DNA of 64,000 bases from positions 19,932-83,931 of the forward strand of contig JBHPHW010000001.1 of assembly GCA_042570105.1 (NCBI GenBank), read 5' to 3'. The DNA comes from Candidatus Omnitrophota bacterium. Lineage in GTDB: Bacteria; Omnitrophota; Gorgyraeia; Gorgyraeales; Gorgyraeaceae. Positions 1 to 12,200 of the stretch are shown here, piece after piece. The first letter of the stretch is position 1; the number at the start of each line of letters is the position of its first letter. Under the pieces are notes generated by a model. The model was not told where the DNA came from. It was given only the letters and a program-made list of their open reading frames with translations, and did no database searches. The translations under genes and the position numbers were made by a program.

Positions 1-230
1 TCAAGGATTAAACGATATTATAGGTCGTGTTGAGAAAGTTTTACCCTATATTAATGATAATAGTTTTGATTTGGTGACTATGGTCAATACATTTGGGATT
101 ATGGGGCGCGAGAGGTATGGGGAACCTATTGACCAGGAATGGCTGATGAAAGAAATAGCTAGAATATTAAAACCAGGTTCATTTGTTGCCATATTAGATC
201 CTTTTAGAGATATAACTATTAACAAACAAG
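1..230 (+). other. C-terminal part of a class-I SAM-dependent methyltransferase domain inside the giant protein (FDLV motif II end, then LKPGSFV motif III-like). Implies an MTase domain straddling the window edge.
   Basis: Translation ...NDNSFDLVTMVNTFGIMGRERYGEPIDQEWLMKEIARILKPGSFVAILDPF matches the canonical F-D-x-V ... L-K-P-G-G region of Rossmann-fold MTases. Confidence 0.5.
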
Positions 231-3200
231 AAGAATCAGCCATAAAAGCAGGATTGGATATTGTCCACAGTAAAATCCACTCGCACCCTCATCATTCAGA
301 AAATGTTCTTGTCGCATGCAAGTTCCCTCTAGTAACTCAGGAGGGGCAAATAGAAGATGGTAAGGTCGAAGTCGCCTTTGACTATCTATTTAATCTAGTT
401 GGATTTTCCACTAAATTACGTCGAGTTAGAGAATATGGCAAGACATTGAGAGATTTAATCGATAATCTCGAAGTAAAATATTCTGACATAAGACGTAGAA
501 TTTTAGATAGCGAAGGAGATCTTAGAGAGGTGATAATTATTTCCCGTAATGGAGAGGTGCTTGAAAGAGCTAAGGCCTTGGATACAGAGCTTAATCCTGG
601 CGATGTGGTACAGATTTTTCATAGGGTAGGTGGCGGATCAGGCACTGAGCTTGAAGCGGATTTGACCGAATCGCTTTATGAACTGACAGGTATAGAAAAA
701 CGTATTTGGCAGCACGCCATTAAAGAATTAAAACCTGAAGAGATAGCCCTATTGGACGAAAGGCTTAATTCCCCAGGTTTAGTAGGCCCCTTGCTTATTC
801 ATTTCTATCTGGATACTTATGTTGCAAGAGATAATGGTATTGAGAAGTTAGCAGTACTAGCATTAGATTATCTTGCACAGGAAGATATTGATATAGAAGC
901 TGTCATTAGAGACGAGCACAAAGAAGAATTTGAACAGGTCAGAAGGTTATACTTATGGTATCAATGGAGGATAATAGATGGTAAATACATTGAATATTAT
1001 AATTCTGAGGAAATTGCAAGGATGAGTGGAGTAAGTGTGGATATAGTCAATAGTTATAAAGATATGATCCGAAGGCATCTTGTTTGGATGTACAGTTTGA
1101 ACTGGGTTGTTAGGTGCAGGGAAAGGATTAGAGCCAAAGCAAGGACTAGAGGATGGAGCGAAGAGAAACTTCGAGAAGAATTAGGGGTTTCTGAAGAAAG
1201 ATATGGATATATAGGTTGGGTGGCTGAAAGGATCTGGCCTAGTTATGTTAAGAAAGCTAGTGAGATATTTAGAAAAGAGGTTTCTTTCCTGATGTATGGA
1301 GGTGGAAGGGCCGAGGTGCTCGATAGACTACCTATAGGTAGTCGAATCAGACTATTAAGGTATGAGAAAGGCTTAACTCGAGAGGAATTGGCATTGAGAT
1401 ATGAAGGTAACGCTCGGCTAATAGGAGACTGGGAAAGTGGAATAAGAATACCCAACCCTAACAATATGAAACAATTAGCAGAGGCATTAGGCGTAGAAGT
1501 GAGTGAGGTAATGTATGGTCTAGAGAGAAGCGAGGCATTAAAGGTATTGACCATGGGTGGTCGGATCGAACTATTTAGGTATGAAAGAGGCTTAAGCCAA
1601 AGAGCGCTGGAATCGGAATGTGACATCAGAGTGAATGGTACAGTAGGGGCGTGGGAAAAAGGAAGGGGTATTCATAGAGCCGATGAAGTGAAAAAATTAG
1701 CAGAGGTATTAGGCGTAGAGGTAAGTGAGATTTTGCATGGCCTAGAGAGAAGTGAGGCATTAAAGGTATTAACCCCAGGTGATCGGGTCGAACTATTCAG
1801 ACATGAAAAAGGCCTAGCTAAGGGTAAGTTGGCATCGATGATGAAAGGCATCCCTCTCCCTGAGCGAACGAAAAAGCTGGCAGAAATATTAGGCGTAGAT
1901 GTAAGTGAGATTTTGTATGGTTTAGAGAGAAGTGAGGTATTAAAGGTATTAACCCTCGGTAAGCAAATTAGATTATTTAGGAATGAAGAAGGTTTGACTC
2001 AGGGAATGTTGGCATCGAGATGTGATGTTAATGACTCGACAGTAGAACGCTGGGAAATGGATATAAGAACACCTGAACCTGACAATATGGAGAAGCTAGT
2101 AGAAATATTCCCAGAGCTATCTCAAATTGGTGAGTCGGGCACTGATGGTTCGCCAATAGTTATTGCTGATTGGGATACCCAAGTCGAAGAAGGTCTCAAA
2201 CGTTTATTGTTCACGCCGGTATTTGAAGATAACGAGGCGCTTTGGCAGAAAGCCCTTACGCTATTGCGCACTGATCCGCCACATAGCTTACGATCTCTAT
2301 ATCAAACCTTTCAACGCGTGTTGAATAAAAAAGGATTTCCATTTGGCAAATTCCAAGAAACCTACCGTGGTCGCATTAACTTTACCGAAGAATTGCAGCC
2401 TCCAGTATTAAAGCCATGGCAGGAAACCGAACGCCCATCACTAGATACCATAGCCTATGTAAAGCTACAACAGCGCAAGTTGCTTCATGCGGTCTGGCGG
2501 AGATTACCTTATATATTACATGCTGACCCCGAGAGTCAGTTCGAGATCGTTATTTCAACTATGGGAGAAAATGATATCTTAGATTTACCTCGTAGGGAAG
2601 ATGTACTTTGGGTTGATGTACTTTTGAAGGGAGATACGCCCCTCTATAGAGAACTGAATGCCAAACTGCCAGGGCTAGATTATGAACAACTTCAAGGATC
2701 TCTTGGGATCATTAAACTGATTGCTGCAACCAATGAGCATAATGAACCTGTTTTGATCGCTCCCTGGATAGGAGTAAATCCAGGTATATGGAAATGGGCA
2801 AGTAGAGAGCGGAGTCAGGTTGAAGGGTGGCATCGTGAAGCGCTAACAGCATTAGAACTTCTTAAGGATCAGATTGGTGTAAAGGAAATCCTAATTCCTA
2901 CAAGCACACAGATGAAGGCTCTGCCGCCGTTACAGCAAAAGATTAACGACCATCCACCCTTCGAAAATGTCTTGGGTTTACATTACAGTCGACCATCACC
3001 CCAACACAAGGAAGTTACTCGGACCGTTACTTTATGGAATAACGAGGCAGAAATGACAGCAAAATTCTGGAGTACTGTCTCTGATGGTTCAGAGGGAAGA
3101 GTTGCTCCTTTGATTCCGCAGTGGAAACCGCACCACATAGATGAACGCATTACGGCATTCACACGCAAGGCAAAACTGCATATGTCCGGCATTTTTACAG

Positions 3201-6200
3201 AAAAAGAGATTGATAGCGTCATTCAACGGTTTGAGATTATAGACGAATCCTTGTATCGTAGGCATTTTAGTTTGATTACCGTTGAGTCTAGCTCACCGGG
3301 GGATGAAGAGAGTCCTTCAGAGAACGCATTGTACTTGTTGCAGGTGGCACCTACCCTTCTTGGCGTGAGACCCAAGAGTTATGTCTTAGTAGATTGGCGA
3401 GCAGGGGAGAGTTTTAGTGACATTGAAAAATGGATTTTACAACTCAATGCACTTGCTCCATTGCTATTGCACGTTAATAGAGAACTTGCTCTTAATGTGC
3501 CGTTTGGACAGAGCTTGATTGTTGTCCGTGATTCTGTGATTAATGAACGATTAAATGACCTTATTCGCTCATCAGGATGGGGTCGCGGTATAAGTTATAA
3601 GGAAGAAGAATACGAGTATTGGGCAAAAGAAGGGTTTCCTAGTTTATATGTGGACTTGATGAGGGAGAGAACGAGGCTAGACCAGTCAAAGCCTTCTACA
3701 GGTATTTGGTCTCGTTGGTTAGAAGGAGTTGGCGTGCCGGAGATTGATACGTTGAGCGATGCGGAAACTGTATTATTACAGAGAGAGCTTGATCGATTTG
3801 ATGCAACACTCGAGCTTATGGCTGACTACCTCAGAGAAGTCTGGGGTGTTCCCATAGACTTTCGCAGACTTCCACGATTATTAGGCAAAACAGCTACACG
3901 AAGACGAACTAGAGTAGTTCCGAGGATTTCACTGCCTAAGCAGCAAACGTCTGATCCTGTAACTGACTCATCGGAATCTTCTTATTCAAGACTTAGTTCA
4001 GATCGAAGATTTAGCGTAGATAGCATTCTTATAGATAGCCACCAAGAGCAAGTACGTGAAATCCTGGCAGGATTTATACTTGGTGAGATAAGTGAAGTAG
4101 AGGCAATAGATAGAATTATAGCTTTAGGAATTGACAGAGGTTTGGCAGAGGCGTATACACTGCAGGTTCAAAGCCCTCTTATGATGCTCGGTGGGAAAGA
4201 ACCAGACCCTGCCGGTGGGACGATAGGTACTGCGGTTGTGCCGTTAGATATCCTACCAGACACTGCAGGTGAGCCTGAGACTGATTTTAGCGATTCTAGC
4301 GAATGGGAAACGCCTCTACTTTGGTTAGGGCATGTATTAAATTTATATGATAGTAAAAGTTTTATGAGAAAGGGTAGAGATGTTTCAGATCGGCGCATAT
4401 CGGAAACTGCTCATGGATTTGATGGTCTGCATTTTGATAAAAATAAAGAAGATGCCCTTTATGAATATTATAAGCTTTGCTTGGAATGGGAGCAGGGCTT
4501 GGTGGATTCAGAAGCGATCGATAAGTTTCTGTCTGAGCTTTGGGAAAAAGAGAAACTCATAAAAGAATTAAGCAAAGAGGATAATTGGTATTTGTTTAGC
4601 GCTCTACGTGATGAGAGACAACGTTTTATTTCGATTTCTTGTGCAGAACATTGGTATAGGAATATGGGAATACGTTTGGGTGGGTTGGAAAATAAAATTG
4701 CCAAGACATGTCTTGAGATGATGAAGAAAGATATGGGATCTTTTTCCATGGTTATTCTCCCATTAGTGACAAGTATTATTTCTCACATGCCGCCTCCAGG
4801 GTTGGAGGATTCCGAAGGCTTGGCTGTTATTAGTGAGGTTTCTTTCTGGCAATCGTCTTCTCAAGATAGGCGCTTACGCAGTATTTTTATGCAATTTTAT
4901 CATTTTGTTCCTCATGGGATTTGGGCAGATTATTTAGAAAAACTGTCAAAACACCTTTCTCCTAATGAGGCCCGTCCGATTATTAAGAGGGCTGTAGATA
5001 TTCTAGAAAAGATTTGGAGAGGCCAGCAGAAAATAGATGAAGATTTAGAAGGCCAAATATTACCTCTTTCAGAAGAAGAATGGAGTCGAGAGGTTTTTAT
5101 GTTCTATCTTTTTTTAGCACTAGAAGAAGGTTGTAGTCGGGGTGACATAGAACGCCTTGTGGTAAGGACTATTATTAATCCTGAGACATTACGTATATTC
5201 CCACAAAAAGAATTAGAAAGATTGGAAGCTATTTTAAACGAGATAAAAGAAAGAGGAGTTCCGCCAAAATGGGCTGAGGGTTTACTTGAAAGACAAACTC
5301 ACCTAGAAGCTGAGATTAATAGACGTAGTGGCAAGAGTTCTCAGGATAACGTTTCGGCACAAGAGACCCCTGATGGATTTGTAGTTAAAGGTAAAGCATT
5401 TTTTAATATAGCTTGGAGACATCAATTTGTTCAAAAACTCGATGTAATTTTTGAAAAACCTATACGACACGCAACACGAGAAGTGATGCTAAAGAGTTCC
5501 CTTGAATTTTTATCTGAGGTAGTCGAAAAACGTTCCCTTGACCCTGTTGAAAGAGGAAGTTTACTTGAATGGATGAATGCACCTTACCTCAGTTTAAGCA
5601 GCCATTACTTAATTGTATCGGTATTCTTAAAGGATTTCAAAGCTCGCGCGAAAGAAAGAGCCATTCCAGAGGAAAATATACCATCGATTATTCAAGATAT
5701 AAGAGAAAGAAATACTCTAGTTGCTGACTTACCAGGTTCAGATGTAACAGCAAATGATAGACTAGAATATTTTCGCCAGAACTTGGGTGAATCCTCAGAT
5801 CTCATTCCTTTTGGCTGGGGATATGTGGCCTGTAGTGGAATCCAGGATCCTACGATATATTTCTTAGATCCTCAAGGTTACATAAGTCTACAAAGTTTCA
5901 ATCTTAAATGGGCCTTGGAGAAGAATTTTGATGTACCTTATCCGGTATTACAAGCTTATCCTGAATGGGATATAGGTAGTCTATCGGGCTGGTGGATTGA
6001 AGCAGAAGATTTTGAAAAGCTGGTTCCCAAATTATTAGAAGTGAAAGATTCTGCACCAGAAGAAATCAAGGAGCAATTGGAGAGACTCAGACAGGAGATT
6101 ATAGAAAGATGTAATGATTCGCCTTATTTAACTTGGGAAGGGTCGATTGGAGTAATACATGGTCTTTTGCGCCAGTATCCAGGCTGGAAAGATGGCGAAG

Positions 6201-9200
6201 GCCTCCTAAAGGAATTAAGAGAAATGCCAAGGGCTCCAAATGGAACGCAGGATAACGAGATAGCCTTCTTCCATATTTTTGGAGATGGTCACGCACAACG
6301 CTTACCCGATGTTTTAAATATGAAACACTGTAGTCGTGATTGGCGACTTTATGGTCAGATGGGGAAACCTAAATTTAAAATTGAAGCTCGGTGGGGATTA
6401 GATGGTAGATGTAGGGCAACTTTAGGTGGAAGGGCTTATATTGGAGGATCAGGACCTAGGACTTACAGGTTTAGTTTTAAAGACGGAGATTTTACTACAG
6501 AGAAGACCCTTGATGCAATGTGGGTCAGATTATGGCCACATGAGAAGGAGCATAAACTTTTGGTCACCTCTAATAGGGGTATGACCCTTTTTGTTAGAGA
6601 TGAGCAAGATGTAAAAGTTTTATGGGAGCTTCCTTTAGCCATGCAGGTTGTTGATAGAGTCAGATGGATTGGAGAAGGAGATCGTCTATCGTGGCTATTA
6701 GTTGAAACTCCAGATAAAGTTTTTATTGTTGATGCAAGAACTGGAGAAATAAAAGAAAGGTTCCACTTACCTATTAAGGGAGTAGATATCGAATGTGATT
6801 TTGAGGATGAGGATTATAAATATCTATATTTAACAGTACATACCCATAATCTAGCTGGCGGACATATTACTGAAGAAGGTATTCAGTATGGACCAGTCTG
6901 GTCGGTTGATCTTTTAAAAATGGCAGAGGAGGAGGGAGAAGTACGGCAGAGCCCTCTACCGGTTACGCCGCGTGTCATTGAGAAGTTGCGACAAGCGCTA
7001 AAAGAGGTCAACGTAGATACGACGTCACTTACCGATGAACAGATCGAGCAGTTATACAGGATCATTCGCCACCGGGAGAGAAGGCCTAAACAGCATCTGC
7101 GTCAGATTGCAGATCTTACGCGGGGGAGTAGTTTGGGATGGAATGTTAGTATGCGCCAGCGCGTGAGAGACGTATTGGCAGATTTTGCGAAGACAGCTCT
7201 TACGGAAAATCTTACAGGTAGACAGTTACAGGAGATTGGGGCTGGACAACAGGTGAGGGTGTTGACCGGGCAGGGTCTTGATTACGTCATCAAAGTTCAG
7301 AGGTATAGGGAGGAAATCAGAGCCACGTACGACAGAATGGACGTTGATCCCCAAAGCTTCGAATATCAATTTGCGGTCAGGAGAACATTTGAAGGCTATC
7401 AAGAGGGCAATCGGACCGCAGAGGAGATTCTGAAGGACACTGGGACGATTTTGGAAATTGAGTCACTTGCCAGTCACGGTGTTTCGCTGACGTTTACTAA
7501 TAAAGCCGGTGAGCAGGAAACCGTTTCTCCTGACTCCTTTGAAGTGCAAAAGCGGGCTGACTACACAGGTGGTGAGATGTTGGAACGATTGATTAATGAA
7601 GGACGAATCGATGAAGCGAAGCAACTACTTACGGACTTCTTTGAACTCAATCACAAGCTCTGGCGTCTCGGTGTGTTGCTCTATGATTTTAATATCCTAG
7701 AAAACATCGGAGTGATGGTTGATGCCGATGGTCAGTTCCAGCTGTATTTGATGGATTTTGGGGCTACATTGCGCGAATCACCACTAACGCATCGATGGGT
7801 AAACACACTCTTTCCTACAGGGTTTTTTATGGGAGGAGATACCATCTTTGGAAGGTCACCACATATTGTAGTGTTGAAGGATGAATTGCGGCGCTTCGGG
7901 GATACGAACGGCGAGGTGTTCAGTCACTGGGTGAAGTTGGTTAGAGAGTATCTCACTATTGGACAGTTTAATGCTATCTGGCGCATCGACGTTGTTGATC
8001 AGGGGATAGTAGATGAGAAGCATCCTATCTCTAGCAGCTGGACGCGGAAGGCTATGGTCACTTCAGGATTAGGTGCTGTTATTTCAGCTGGTCTAATTGG
8101 ACTAGCATCGCAATTACCCGAATTAAAGAATATCCTCTATATTATACTTCCTGTGTTGGGAGTGAGCTTTATCTTTACTAACGGTATCCTTTATGCCCTT
8201 CATCGTAATCTCAGGAGGCTGGAGGATCAGATTTCCACTGGCACTATCCGTGCTGGGCCGCATTCCTTAATAAGACCTTTCCACAATGCCCTTCCCAGTG
8301 AAGAAAATTCGCCTTATCTTGCTTATGCAAACTCAGGCATCCTTTATGTAAATAAAGGAGCGCTCACCAATCTTAATCCTATTTTACAATACGCAGTTTA
8401 CCTACATGAATTAACCATACATATTATTCCTTATATTCTTTGGGGGATCTTCTGCGATTTGCTGTGGATTAAAAGAGGAATTCGAGAGGTTAAGATAGGC
8501 CAAGTTCATTTAATAACTGCTAGACATTTTGATAATAGAACTATCAACGAATTTCGACTTGCTTTAGATAAATGTCAGAATAAAAAAGAGGTTCTTGGAC
8601 TTTTGGAGAAATATCAACCTCTTCTGGAAGGGACTGAAAGGGCTGTAGAGCAAATCCTTCAATATGTAAAGCAGGGTAAAAAAGTAGCCGTCGGCGTAGA
8701 GCAAGATCCTTCTGCCTTAAAAGAAATTTTACAAGAAATGCCAGAAAACATAGCAAATTTAAGAATAATAATGCAGAGGAAAAGAATTGATTGGACTGAT
8801 GCGAATTCCGATATCTTTGAAAAAATAATTTCCATTTATTCAAAGATCGCAGGTGTCTTGTATTTCAGCCACAAAGAATTACTCGACAGTGGTCAAGTTG
8901 AATTAATAGGACTAGATTCAGACCGCTTAAGAAATGTACCAAGCATAGTTACTGATGATGCGAGGGGGCAAGCTATTGCGCTCTTAGGAACTCTTTCTCA
9001 GATGAGCATGGAGGTCGTCGAGGAAGAACTGGAGATAAGAGATGCTCATATGTCAAAAAAGATTTTGTCCTATTATAAAAATCCAGATAAAAGCGATGTT
9101 ACGTTTGTAGTGCTTCTTGGTTCAAGACATTTTAGGCGAATGAAGAACAATTTGATTGTACTAGGTTTACACGAATTAGTCGATTGGTACGCTCTCCAGC

Positions 9201-12200
9201 CAGGTGAAGTATCAGCTAGGTGGATTCGTAAAGCAAAAGATTTGTTGTTAGAATTAAGTCAATATGGCTGGTTAGGTATGGGATATTTAAAGGATTTATC
9301 CCCCGATGTAATTATAAAGCTTTCCAGAGCAATCTATGTCCACAGGAAGAAAGAATCTAACGATTTTGAGGGATCAGAGGTTGTTGAGAGGTTTTGGAAA
9401 AACAGTCATATTACATACGAATATGCAGAAAGATTTGGTGAGGTTTATGCTTATTGGTATGCGCAGCTCGATGATGCCAAGAAAAGCGGGAAATTAATAA
9501 AACTACCTACTTTTGGAGAAGATGATGAAGTACTTGATATAGGTTCTGGTTTGAGCGGGCTTAATATAATAGAAAATTGGGATAGTCCTGCAAGAATAAC
9601 ATTACTGGGCAATGACCCATTTGTTATAGCTATGTTAATGACTGCCAAACGTATCTACGGTAGAAATAATATCAAAATAGTTTATTCATATGTTAATGAA
9701 TGGAGATTTCCAGAAGATACGTTTACCTATATCCGCGCAGATAAGATTTTACCGTATCTCTCAGAAGAAGAAAGGGAAAGGCTTTTTGAAGAAGTTTATT
9801 CTGCTTTACGAAATGGAGGTACATTTGCTTCAGTAAATATAACAGACGATTTGGATCTCCCAGAGGAATGCGCAAGCAGTTTAAGGGAATTAGGTTTAGA
9901 TGCTGTAGTCCGTCCTTTGCCGTATGAATTTGATGAAATATCCGATGCTATAAAAGTTGGTATTTTTGCAGTTAAAAAATCGGGAGGTATAATCGATTCG
10001 CAGCTGAGTGAGCGTGGACGAAAGTTAGTGGAGTGGGTCGAAGAATCCCAGGGCGTTGATGTTACCGAGCTTCGGGAATGGCTAGACTTTACAAAGATTC
10101 GGAACGAAGCGCAAGGGGGATTTGTCATTCTGGATTGGACGACGTTCTGGGGATTGTCGTGGGGATCATTGTCTAGTTTGATCAAGACAATTGTCAGTGA
10201 CAATCTGGAGCCTCTTGATGATGCATTGCGAAGAGAGAAGCAGTACATTGTTTCGAGCGCTGAGAAGGCATTGCACGAAGCCATTAAGAATGCCGAGATA
10301 TGGGGCAGCGACCACCTACCAGGACATTTAGCCATTGTCACGTGGCATATCGCGCCAGACGGACTGACATTTCATATTATTGATGAAGCGGTGGGACAGT
10401 CAGATACAGAGCTGGAATCCCCCAGACTGGTTCCAGGCTCCAGACCTCTTCCATCTGATGGATGGATAGGTGATGGAGAAGGTATTCGACAGATTGAGCA
10501 GTTGGGTTTCAGTGTTGAGGCCCATGCGATCGTTAAGGATGGTAGCCGTCTCGGGACGGATGTGATACTTCGAAAGAATTTCGTAGCTCGCAAGGGACAG
10601 ATTTCTAGCAGGCTCAAGAGATTTTTAATTGTTCCATCAGTTGTAATAGCTGGTTTGTTTCTGTCGGGATTCACTGGTGACTATGAGGATGTTTTAAATT
10701 TAGTACTGGGTATTTTTTCTGCAGTAGTGCTTATAGGTGCATGGGGATATATCTTGTCGCCAAAACTGGTAGAGTGGTGGGGACACTTCTGGGATTGGTT
10801 TAAGGGATATTATCTTCAGATAGGAATCGTACTCTTAGTAATTGGCGTCTCTTTTCCTATTTTTCTATATCAGGGTAATATAAAGGAGGTAATGGGAGAG
10901 TTTGGTTATCTGGGAGCATTCCTCATCTCAATGGTTAATAATTTGACAGTAATTGTTCCTGGACCGGGTATTTTAGCAGCTATTTCTTTAGCCACAGAAT
11001 TCAATCCTTGGCTAATAGCTTTTTTGGCTGGACTGGGAGCAACTTTTGGTCAGGTTACAAGTTATGGCCTTGGTTACAGTAGCGAGCCAGTAGTTAAGAA
11101 AGTATGGGGATATAAAAGAATATCTGGTGGGATGCGAAGATGGGGAGGTCCATTTATCTTTCTTATGTATTTGCTGCCTCCTGTGTTTCCTTTCGCTGAT
11201 ATTGCAGGCATAATAGCGGGTACCTTAAGGTACCCGCTATTAAAATATTTTCTATATTGTATGCCGGGGAATATTCTAAAACATATATATCTTGTCTGGG
11301 GTGGCGTTTTGGGATGGGATGCCTTAAGTCCCTTTCTCCCTGATATATTCAAATTAGGATCTAGTTCAATCGAAAGTAACATGATGGCCTTTTTGCCATT
11401 TGCAGGCCTTTTCATGGTCGGAGGAGTTTTATCCGGACCCACAACAAAGATAGCAGCAGAAAGAGATGAAAATGGCGTGACAGTAAGCTTACCAGGAAAT
11501 GGAGGGAAGAGTAAGGTAAGATTTTCAAGAGAAGAGGTGCTTATATTGACTGCTCGTGGACAATCTAGCGAAGAATTGGCCGAAGAGACCGGCATAGATC
11601 TACCTAGTAGGATACTATTATTAAAAAGGAGTATTTTTTCCAAGCTAAAAGAGGCCTGGGTAGCGTTTGATACACTTGATGATGCAAGAGATATGTATCT
11701 TAGCGCAATAAAGAGAGAGTTATTAAAGAAAGGGTATCCGGAAGCCATAGTTAATGTGGCGGCCATGAGCGAGACTCCCTGGAAGGAGGCAAGAAGAGTT
11801 CTCAATGAAATACAAATACGCCTCGATGAAGGACGTTCACCGAGTTTAGCCCTTCCGTGGGCAATTATATATCGCTCACCTAGACAAGCAATAAATCTGG
11901 GCACAGAGATAGCTATGCAGGAATTTTTGAATGAGGCATCTTCCCCTGAAAGGAGAAATGAATCTATAAGATTTCTTAGAGAACTAGAAAGGGTAGCTCC
12001 TGAAGAAGATATTAATATGGAGATAATAAGGATTTGTTCTCTAAGTCCGGAAACGATAGAGATGTTTGCTAGAGAAAAGAGTTCGGATGTATTCGGAGAT
12101 TTAATTAAAGATGCACTCTCGAAGCCTCTTCTTACGCCAAACCAGAGGAGGATCTTAAACACGGTTAAGGAAAATCCTGGTCTAATAGAAGCAGAAATTT

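Noticed and set aside
11074-12162. 362-aa antisense ORF (and others such as 9796..10341, 13177..13746, 13807..14811, 14781..15086 on the - strand) inside the giant gene
   Set aside because: They lie entirely within and opposite a 25.8-kb sense ORF that has coherent domain content. Their translations are low-complexity Ser/Leu/Ile-rich mirror images of the sense repeats, with no start or RBS context. They are antisense artefacts of a long, repeat-rich, stop-poor frame.
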